From Klebsormidium nitens (Eukaryota; Plantae; Klebsormidiophyceae): a stretch of 64,000 nt of DNA. The DNA is taken from positions 124,001 through 188,000 of the forward strand of contig DF237020.1 in the NCBI GenBank assembly GCA_000708835.1, in the 5' to 3' direction. Below are positions 12,160-22,315 of the stretch, piece by piece. How positions within the stretch are numbered: the first letter of the stretch is position 1; each line of letters begins with the position of its first letter. The notes under the pieces are model-generated. The model searched no databases. It had not been told where the DNA came from and saw only the letters and a list, made by a program, of their open reading frames with translations. The position numbers were made by a program, and so were the translations under genes.

Positions 12160-15100
12160 ATGGCAGGGTCGAAGCAAGAGCGGATGCGCCTCTTGCCAAG
12201 GCTTGCCATGTTGTTACTCCAGCGCGCAACTTTTGTGAGCACTTTGTGCTATTGCGCCGGAGTGGTGGGAATCCTCCTTCTGCCTGCCATTGCCAAAGAG
12301 ACTTACGTGGACGAAAATGCACTCAGTCCAGGTAAACCCAAAATCTCCTGCTTCTAGGCATTTGCCAACTTCTCAGATCCTTTCTTGCTCGATCACAATT
12401 TTGTGCAAGAGATGAAATGATAACCTGCAGGTTCGATTTGAAAGGTCACAAAGAACACTGCAAGCTTTTCCATTTGCCGGTTACAATGTGGCCATGATAG
12501 ACTGATAGCAACCTACCTTTCTGAATGGTTAAAAGTCAAAGGTCCTTTGAAGGAGCAAAAACAAATGGTTTCTGTCCTTGTCTTCTGGACAGGGATGGCA
12601 ACCCCTGGAGGTTTGTACGAAGATGTCCAGCAATTAGTGGCGGAGATCAGAAAGAACTCATCCCAGTGAGTATCAGCACGTTAGCAATCAAGGCCAGCCC
12701 TCGCTTCCATGCTGAAACAGCTGACAAATCAGATTTTGAGAGTCAGGCTTTGGCACCCCACCTCAGACACTCTGATCATCATACATATGACCACCATTTT
12801 GCGCTACGACGTCATTGATTGTTGTCTGCGGGCACCTGTGCCAATTTACTTGCAAGAGAGTACCCCAGAGTTTCCGGCAGCAAACGTTTGTTAGAGCAGT
12901 TTAAAGTGCTGTGATGGTACTGCTTCAAGATGAGGCCTGATGGAAGGATGATTCGTCCCCAAACTTGCATTCTGGTGTCTTTGCAGGACACTCCACTCCT
13001 GGGTGGTGCAACGGCTCACAGCTCTTGGTGTAGACTCCTGCACACACTCCTTTCCCACTCCTCCCCTCCCTCACAACTCCCCTTTCCAGTTTTCTGAACC
13101 CCTTACACGGACGGCTACCCAGGCAAAAGAATCGGGTCACAACATAGTTGGGGTAGCGAGAGCCTGGAGAGGAGAGGGCAACGAGTGCATGGTCCTCGTC
13201 ACCCCCATGTCTGCGGAAGACACAGCGGCTGGGCCAGATGCTATTGCCCTGGCCATAAGCTATGTCGTCTTCCGCCATCTTACGACAGTGCCCTGGCTAG
13301 CCAAGGACGTGATCTGGGTGCTTCCGGACAGTCGCTACGGTGAGATACCATAGATGATGCGCTATATCTACCCTCCACAAGTGCTTTGGTCTGAGACGCC
13401 CTGAACTATTCATCGACTAAAGCCTGCATAATCTTCTGCACAACGGCACAAGAGCGCATGGTGGGTGAAAAGCGCTTCGGTACCAAGTCGAGCAGAAGTC
13501 ACTTCCCATTTCTGTCAAAGTTTATCACAAGACTCTACTGAAGCGCATGAATCTGAATGCGTAAAGATTATTGAAGTCAAGATATGAGTAAGTCAGAACG
13601 CTCTATCTTATCTGGGCCTAACAGCAATGATCGTTGTACAGGTGGAACAACGGACACCTACCTCTTGCATGAGAAGTCAGAGGACCGGACTGTATTTATG
13701 AGGGTTTTCCCCAAGACTTTCACGCTAACAGGGTCATTACAGCTCTCTCTCGGCTTTGCAGGCGCAGAATACGCCCTCTCCCAGTGGTTGGCAGACTACC
13801 ACTCCCCGTCTGCAAACTCCACCGGTCGCTTTCTCAGGGGGGGAGCAATCCAAGCTGCCGTCGCGCTCGAGATCGATGCGGGGTACCGTTCCGGGCCGTT
13901 TGACTTGGTGGAGCTGCGGGGCGAGGGGCCGAACGGCGAGATGCCAAACATGGACATGTTCAGCACCGTAACGTTCCTCAACAGGTGTGCGAGCCGCTCC
14001 TTTCGACCAGTCCCTGGCAAACACCTCTCTTCGACCTACCTTCGACACGTCTGAGAAATTCGGCAACTGCTTCTCCAATTGTTAAGAGGGGGAGGTTGCT
14101 GAAGCAGCAGAGTGCTCAAGAGAAGCCGTCAAACAATAAATTAGATCCTTGTCCACTCTTGTCCACTAAAGACTTCGTTGGGTTGCAAACGTTGGGAACA
14201 GTATTTTGCTCGACTGTGGCTTCGAAGCCCCCAGCGGAATCCAAGACAAAGCAGCTGCCGCACTCTGACCGTACTAACTATCAGAACGAGTCACAGTTTG
14301 CTTGGCAAAGTCTGCCAGGTCTCTTTTTCTTTAAATTGCTCCGTGGAAACAATTCAGCGCACTCTAGTTTCCTGTCACTGATAGAGTCCGTCGTCGTGTT
14401 ACTTCTAACCAGGTATCAACCGGTGCACTGGGGCTTGCGCTTCGAGCTGGCGCGGTGGTGGGGGCTGAGCAAATACCTGGGGCCGTTACTGCCGTTTCTG
14501 CGGTGGGCAGCGGACGAAATCGGACGGACGTCCGGGCAGGAGTACGGGCGGCACCTGGAGATGCTGGCGGCGTGCATGCACCGGCAGGTATGAATACTTG
14601 TGGCTCTCTGTAATTGGAGCGAAAATTCGTAAGCATAGAATGCCTTACTTTCTGTTTTGAGAAGGACATAGAAGCCCCACTCTCTTTAAAAGACTCTTCA
14701 CTGCACACAATGAACGTGCCTGAGCACCCTTCGATGAGCGACGATTGATATTTGTTTAGCTCTGAAGGTGGCACAAATTCTGCCACGGCTTTGTGCTGGT
14801 TTTGCCTCACTAAGACAAACGACTCGCAAGCCCACCGGTGCCAGATGTACGTGCATCCCGATACCTTTTCCATCTTGAAGGTAACAGTGTAGTTGCCAGA
14901 TGTCATTGACATACTAATGTCGCCGTCAACCCTGGCAGTGTAGAAAAGGTCTCCCGAAATCGAACGAACGAGCAAGCGCGTCCGAAACGCGAGACAGGAA
15001 AATCTTGCGGACAGATATACACGCTTTGAGTTACTGCCAAGCTCCGAGTAACGCCTGTTCTAGTCTCTACCTTGCAGGCCGTGGCGCGGCGATGAGAGAG

Positions 15101-18100
15101 TACGGGGCGTTCCGCCAAGACGTCATCAAGAGCTTCGTTCAAAACAAAACCGACCAGCAAGCAACTCCCGTTCACAAAACCTTCTGTACACACACACGGG
15201 TCGATGATAAGCCCCGAGTGACGCTGTTCTTGTCACTATCTTGCAGGCGGTTGGGGCGTCGACGGGAGTGCACGGGACGTTCCGCCGCTACACCTGAGGA
15301 AATTCGTCCATATCCGAACCGACCGGCAAGCTACATGGCATTCTGTATACGAACAAGGGTTGATTATAAGCTCCGAGTGACGCTGTTTTTGTCACTACCT
15401 CGCAGGCCGTCGGAGCGTCGACGGGAGTGCACGGGGGGTTCGCATGTACAACACCAGGAAGTTCGTCAAATCCGAACCCACCAGCAAGCTACTCCCGTCC
15501 ACAAGACCCTCTGTACACACACAAGAGTCGACAGAAGCTCCAAGTGACCTCGTTCTTGTCACTACCTTGCAGGCCGTTGGAGCGTCGACGGGAGTGCATG
15601 GGGCGTTCCGCCGGTACACCATCGACGCCCTGACTCTCGTGGCGAAGCCGACCGGCGACAACCACGACCCGACGGCAAAGGTGTCGGCGGCCGCGGCAGC
15701 TGCTGCGAGGCATGACCAGGCGCGAAGCATTTTGAAGATCTCAAGGTGAGGTCAGATTGCTGGTTTTGCCTGGCTTCGCTTGATCCTCGGCACGTTGTCC
15801 CCTACGCTGGTCTTCTTGGTCGACTGCTTCTCTTTTGAGCGAGTCAGGAGCCATTTTAAGCGATTTGTGGTCCCTTTATTTACGGCACTCCTCAGCTCTC
15901 ACAAATACCAAGCTTGGTATGTCTCCATTCTGCTTCGCCTCACCTGTTGAGTTGTTGCTCTGCAACAGGCTTGGATTACGTTTCTTTTGTCCAGAACCTC
16001 TTTTGGCCATGTCAGGAGGCGATCATCTTCTCATTGTCCTTTCACCAGCTGCTTTTGTTAAACTCCATACGCCTCGACTCGCTCAACCTTTGCTGGCCGT
16101 TTCAACGCCTTTCAGGTCCATCTTCCAGACCCAGGAGTGTGAATGAGTGCGTATTCGTCCAATTTGATCCGTAGTTTGCCGGTGTCTTTTCAAAGCAATT
16201 TTCTGGTCCGTGACCTTGACGTCCACCTCTCCTTCTTAGGCTGCTCGAGCCACTCCTTCGCTGCCTAACCAAGCTGCTCATCCGCTTGCCTACCTTTGTC
16301 ATCATTCTTTTACTACTTCGGTTTTTCAATGTTTAATCTGTTTGCCTGACTCGTCTAGGCTACTCGAGTTCTTCCTCCGCTGCCTCATTGAACTGCTCGA
16401 GCCACCTTCTTTACCGCCCTCGGCAAACTGTTCAACCACTCACCCAGCTTTTTGGGACTCGTTGTTTTTACTCTCTTTTTGAATTTCTCTCCCTTAACCT
16501 ATTCAGGCTGCTTGAGTCCTTCCTCCGCTGCCTCAACAACCTGCTCGAGCGCTTCCACCACTCCTTCTTCCTCTACGTCCTCGCCTCGCCCACTCGCTTC
16601 GTCTCCATCGGCGAGTACATGATCCCCTTCGCGCTCCTCCTTGCAACATTGCCGCTCACTGCCGCCGCGCTGGCCGCCAAGGGGTTTTTGGTGCCCTGCT
16701 TACAAGGACAAGGTGAAAGCGCGGGCCAGAAAACGATGTTCGAAGCTGGCAAGAAGTCGGGGTCGGGCAAGGGGACGGGAGAGTTTGCGGAGAAAGTTGC
16801 GAGCGGTGAGCGGACAACAGAGAACGTCCGGCGAACTAATGACGTCACCAAGTCTCAGAGATATGCGCCGGAGAAGAGCGTATCTGGGGAGATGTCGGGC
16901 TGTGCATATCCTGTCAAGTTAAGTAGCAAGAAGCCCGCGAATCAAAATAGGGTGGGCTCGGCGGAGGAAGCCCTGCCGAGTAGCTTATGCCTCCTTCCCG
17001 CCAACTGGACAGGAGCAGCGGCAACCGTTGTCACCGCATACCTGGGGGGAGCTTTTCTGTGGCAGATCACCCCCCTGCTGCTTGACCTCGGAACGGCTGC
17101 CTCGCAGCGGCTGGGAACCGCCGCCGACGCGACGAGCGTCGCAGTGTGGGCCGTCGCCGCACTTCCGCTGCTGACATCAGCAGTGCTCGCGGTCCCTGTC
17201 GGCGCAGAAACCTCTTCGCTCTCGTTTACTGGTGCTGCGTCTGACAAGGCTGGGGTGATAATGGGCGGGAGTGTGCAACACGATATTCGAGAGGAGGGGA
17301 GAACGGGAGCGCGTTTCAGAAAGGCGGACTGGGTTGCATTGAAAAGTGCGACTCTTGCGGTTGCGGGTCTGGCGCTCGGGGCGCTGGTGAACCTTGACTA
17401 CGCGCTCGCTCTCTTGTCGGCGGTCTTTCTGGTCCCCATCTGCTTGTTAGCACGGCCGGTCCGGCTGTTGAACGTCAACAAAGTCGAAGTGTTGCAGAAA
17501 TTGGACGACTCGGCCCCCGTAGCCTCGACAGAAGGGCAAGAAGATGAGAAGCAAGATTTGCGTAAAGTTACAGGTTCTGGAGAGTCCGCGGAAAGTGAGC
17601 GAGGGTCATTGAATCGCGACCAAGTGGAGGGTATTGAAAGCTCGGATGTCCGGGAAAAAGTAGGTTCCGAGTCTCGGTCGGAAGACCGGTCGCCCAGCAT
17701 GATTGCTCTCTGCGAGCAAGTGCGTGCGAACTTTGCAGAGGAGCGGCGACGGAGGCAGGAAGCAAGGGCGGGGTCTCGGGCGGGAAGGCTAAAAGCAACG
17801 GTGAAAGGGGCAGTTCTGTGGGTCCTGGACAGACGAAGGGCGGCGAAAGATTGGGCCAAGCGAAAGCTGGGGCGCCGGCGGACAGGCGACGAGAGGTCCT
17901 CTCGTAAAACAATTTTGAAGCAAGTGGTTCTCCTCTTGGGGGCAACTTTGGCTTCCGTTGGGCCCTTCTTTGTGTTGGGTTGGGAGCAAGAACAGGGACC
18001 TAGCGTCGGCACCCTCGTCCAAAGGGTTAAAAGCTCGAGTTCCATAGCAATGCCGTGGTTGATTGCGGGGTATTTGCCCACCGTTGCCTTGTGCCTGAGA

Positions 18101-18130
18101 GTCATTTTCTCGCCCCCGTTTGATCGCTAG
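12160..18130 (+). CDS. GAA1: GPI transamidase subunit GAA1/GPAA1 homolog, multi-exon
   Basis: Motifs are LLLPAIAKETYVDENALSPG, LVLVTP, WLAKDVIWVLPD, LSQWLADYH, RGGAIQAAVALE, GPNGEMPNMDMF, QAVGASTGVHGAFRRYTIDALTL and RLLESFLRCLNNLLERFHHSFFLYVL...FVSIGEYMIP, followed by several C-terminal TM helices. Approximate exons are 12160-12331, 12987-13349, 13764-13985, 14430-14588, 15573-15745 and 16507-18130. Confidence 0.9.
15030..15625 (+). repeat. Four tandem copies (159-169 bp period) of a GAA1 intron end, acceptor and exon start
   Basis: The motif gctcc(g/a)agtgac...ttgtcactaccttgcag|gc(c/g)gt(t/c)gg(a/g)gcgtcgacgggagtgca(c/t)ggg recurs, with exon-like starts at 15078, 15247, 15406 and the real one at 15573. 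Confidence 0.9.
16230..16560 (+). repeat. Three copies of the acceptor and first ~50 nt of the last GAA1 exon
   Basis: The motif ag|gct(g/a)ct(c/t)gag..c(t)tcct(c/t)cgctgcct(c/a)a...ctgctc follows tag at 16237, tag at 16356 and the real cag at 16504. Confidence 0.8.
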
Positions 18131-18567
18131 ACCGTTTGTTGACAAGGCTGGCTGTCCTCAGCCCAACTTGAGTCGCCAAGTATGTCAGTCGACTTAACAT
18201 GCATGCGAAGGAGCTCAAGTTCGCAGCCATGGTCGTTAAATCCCCGTCGATCTAATTGACGTCTTATGATGGCTGCTGTTTTGACTAGTGACCTGAGTGC
18301 AACCTCTGATGATCTAGTCTTTGTCAACCTCTCCTCAGTGACTAGTTGAAACCATGCACTTTCTTGTTGTAACGTTCTAGAATAATGCCTGCCCGTGATG
18401 TGCAGTTCATAGAAATAGTGACTCACAAACATTTACCAAAGCACAGCCAGTCCGGCCAAACGCGACGGTCTCTTTTCAAATACGCCGTAGCCAAATAGGC
18501 CATAGGCTATTCATGGCACACAATGTTTCGGAGTTCGTAAAAGTATGCCAGCTCTAAGATTGACACA

Positions 18568-18749
18568 CTACCCTATCAACCTACGTGACCGGGCAAAGCC
18601 TATCCAAGATCTTTTGTACGTGTCAACGGTAGCTGTCCGTGGCTTCATCTAGCTATGATAATTTTAAAATGCACCGCCGCGGCGCAGAGTCCGTTTCGGT
18701 TATCTCGGATAGGCTTTGCCCGGTCGGATAGCTCAGCTAGGTAGGGTAG
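18568..18749. repeat. Intergenic inverted repeat (24-bp arms with 1 mismatch, 91-bp spacer, plus weaker outer arms)
   Basis: gaccgggcaaagcctatccaagat (18587-18610) pairs with atctcggataggctttgcccggtc (18702-18725). The outer arms are ctaccctatc (18568) and ggtagggtag (18740-18749). Confidence 0.85.
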
Positions 18750-19554
18750 AGAACAAACTCACAACATGAGGCATGCAAAACGTCAGACCGTTAAAGAACT
18801 TCCATGCCCCCCGGCCGGGCCCAAACTTCAAAGCTTAGGGGATCTTTTCGTCATATTCCAAGGGGAAAAACGTATCGGAGTTGTACATGGTCATACGTAT
18901 TAGGCATAGACGTTTTGCGATCGGATGCAGATCACGGGAGGCTTCATCGAATCATGCTCAGACCCGATCTCATGTAAACTGAGCAATCTTATACCGTCTT
19001 TGCAATGTAAGCAAGCCGCACCAAACGGATCAGAAGCTGCATTAAGAACTAGTTGCAGCACATACATTTTCGGGTCCAAGGGCTGCAGCACACCACCATT
19101 TGCAATTGACTCGTCGGGCACGAGCTACTTGAATTACATATGGCGCCCATGCACTGCCATATGGACCGTTGGATCGTTCCGTCTAGATCATGCAGGCTGT
19201 GATACAATGCTCACATGGATCACTAGCTGTGATGGCCAACATTCGCGGTGCATCATTGCGCAATCAGAGGTTCTGTATTCTTAGGTTTAAATGGGTCCGA
19301 CTGTCTGCTTACAACCGCAATCAGTGCAGTGCATGATGCACTGAGTCGCAGTTTTATTTAGTACAACAAACAAGCGAAAAGAAGACGTCGATTAATCGGT
19401 AGACATTCAAAATTTCGCGCACGAACACAGGTTTACCCTCAGTATTTCGTCACCATCGCAGTCACAACACAGGCCGGCTCACCGTCGCACCTCATACCAT
19501 TACCTGGGTGAGTTCCTTGTGCTTGTCTCATTGCAAAACTCTTCACCTTGAAGG

Positions 19555-21897
19555 TTACTCCTTCAGCCAAGGGGTCATATCCCTGGTCCATTCCACCACC
19601 TCAGTCTCCTCGAACCACAGACCTGTTGGAGATGGAGAGATAGGGAACTCATCACTGGGGTGTGAACACTAGCAAGTGAGTGCATCTCGACTCGGTCAAT
19701 AGCATCTATCCGGTCACCAACAATCTCGTGCTGAAAGCATTTCCGAGCTGGCAGCTCAGAAAGAGGACCCCACTGCAAAACAAGGTCAATCGACGGGGAG
19801 TCGTCATATTCAAAGCAAGGCTTGGAACCACCTTCAGTTTGAAAGCAGATTCATCGAAGATGACCGGTGAAGATGAGCTTACCAATCTCACGCTCCCCAT
19901 TCTCAGGGCTGTCACTTCCATGGACCACATTCCTGCACAAATGAAAGTGGTCTGCTTAGAGGCCTGCTTCTACAAAACCGGTTCAGCTGTTTTAGAGCGC
20001 TGTGTGGATTTGAGGTCGCGTAGTTTCCCTTCTGCAGCCGCCCAAAGGACCTGACACAGCGCATACGTATCTGAGTCGGGATGCATTCAATTGTCCCCTG
20101 GCACCCTGATCTGAAAACCATGTTGCAAGGGTGCTTGAGATGGACTCGAAGTCCGACACCTCACCGCTTCACCATGAAGAATTGTATTCAGTGCTCCGTG
20201 AACTCGCTTTGCGATGCCATCCATCTATCAGAAGCAAAGTCGACATCACTGCTAACATACAAGAGTTGAGTTTGCTACTCACCTTCCAACTTCAACGGCA
20301 AAGTCGCCGCGGATAGTCCCTGGCTCAGCTGCGAGCGGGTTGGTTGCACCAATGAGCTTCCTGGCTGACGCGACCACGCCGTCCCCCTCCCAAATCATGG
20401 CTACCACAGGGCCTGAGATGATGTAGTCCACTAGCTTTCCATAGAAAGGCTTTGAAGCGAGGTCCTTGTAGTGCTCCTGCGCAATCATCACATGCGATTC
20501 TCTTGTTGAGAGCTGGCTATCTTAATGGTAGGCCTCTTTTTTGGTGCAACATAAAACCTTTCATGCTAGGTTGCCTTACTTTGTAACTGTTTGCCGGTGT
20601 TTGGGACTTCTGTACTTGGTCAGACCTTGGGCCACCCGACGCCTATTCATTCTTGTACCTTCTCCAAACACCACTCACGGGCGAATGTTCTTCCTGTTAA
20701 CTCTTGCAAAGAACCAACCATAGTCTACTTTGATAGGCCAACTAACTACTGACAGGTTGTTTGATACAACGCCTGCACGCCTTTCAAAGAGAGCGAGATG
20801 TATACTGGCTGCAAAGCATGACTCCACAAGGACTATTACAGGCAAACGGTAAGTAGCTGAGGACACTGTATAAGAACTTGGTCCCACCTTTGCAAGATCC
20901 TCTGGTGTTTGGAAGAGCTTCAGTCCTTTCAGCTGGAAGCCTTTCCTCTCAAAACGGGTGATGATTTCCCCAACAAGGCCCCTCTGTACACCGTCAGGCC
21001 TGTCATGAAAGCACTATGAGTGCTGTATGCAGATCCTCAACCTGACCGTTGTAAGTTGTAAGTCTGGCAGCCAAGAACGATCACTGTGTGCAATAAAGTA
21101 TTGTTGATATTACCACCTGATCAAACCTAGTAAGAGACAGCAGACCACAAAGGCAACAGCTACTCGAAAAAGCAAAGGAAAGTGAAAAGAGTGACTCATG
21201 AGACGCAGAACGAGAGCGATAGCCAAGTTCAGCTAGTTGACTCACTTGATCATCACATAGGAGCGCTCCTGCGAGATGGAAGTGAAAAGATCAGACGACT
21301 GGTATTTGAAAAGCCAGAAGTACTTTTCTAGACTGGAATCCATGAGGTACTCCTTCTGATTGGATTAGATCCCCGTAATCTTCCAACATTGTGTTTGTCA
21401 AGTCATCAGTACATGTGGAAGTCAAATGCCTGATGGGGTGGCATATTTTGTCTGCCTCAGCAGAGGAATCGATGTGTCCAGCAAAAGACACATATTGAAG
21501 ACCGGTACACATACGTGCATTGCTGATTGAGGTTAATCGCGACCTAGAGTCCACCACCAACAGACGCCGCCTATGCACAGTGATGTTAGTGCCACCACAT
21601 AGGTGCGCTCACCGCTCTGATTACAGGACCCGTACTCTGCCGAGCCACCCTGCATTGGAACCTGGTGGTCTGTCTCCTCAGTTGATCGCACCCAGGGGCA
21701 ATGGAAAAGTGCGATCCCTGCACATTCTGTCTGCTGGTTGGTGATGACAATGCAGGGGACCGGCGGTGGGGACGAGTGCGAGCGAATGCCGGGGCGATAG
21801 CGAAGGTGGTTGCCTGCGTATTTTGGAGGGAAGAGGAAGACGTTGCTGAGAAGGAGGAGGTTGCACGGGTGGCGGAAGCAACGGCGGAGGAAGCCAT
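19555..21897 (-). CDS. NDPK2: Nucleoside diphosphate kinase, plastid NDPK2 type, with N-terminal transit peptide
   Basis: The spliced protein has an S/T/A-rich presequence [18 protein letters not shown]..., then ERSYVMIK|[31 protein letters not shown]...GATNP...[14 protein letters not shown]|[16 protein letters not shown]|GLWFEE...PWLKE*. The catalytic His is in HGSDS, and the C-terminus resembles plant NDPK2 rather than NDPK3. Confidence 0.9.
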
Positions 21898-22315
21898 GAT
21901 GGATTGGTGGAGCTCAGGCTGTCTGGGTGAGCAATGCTGGGACTGTGAATGTGGCGAATGTTGATGGGACATTGATTTATCCTTCAATGCAACTTATATT
22001 CAGTCTTATTCAGGCTCCGAGGATCCGATCCGACCGTCAAAAGTGGATAGAATGTGACGTGGGAGATCGCAAGGCGTCGATGTACTTGGATATCCGGGCA
22101 GTTGAAATGTGTCTGCAAGAAAGGATCTCCTGAAGATCCATGAGACAGAGTCGGGACGAGAAAAGGCAGCAGCAAAGCAACCATTGCAGGGGCGCTGCAA
22201 AAGAAGAGCTAGAGCTAAAGGGTACAAGGAAAGGGTTTTGCGTAAGTGCATCTCTCGAGGCGAGGGCGGCGTGAAGTGGCGGCGTCACATTGCGCAGAGG
22301 CAAAAAGCTGTAAGC

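Noticed and set aside
22109-22315. Upstream extension of cyclophilin A shown in the ORF track (MSARKDLL...)
   Set aside because: It starts at a non-ATG codon and lies in the 418-bp divergent promoter gap. The ATG at 22316 is the more plausible start.
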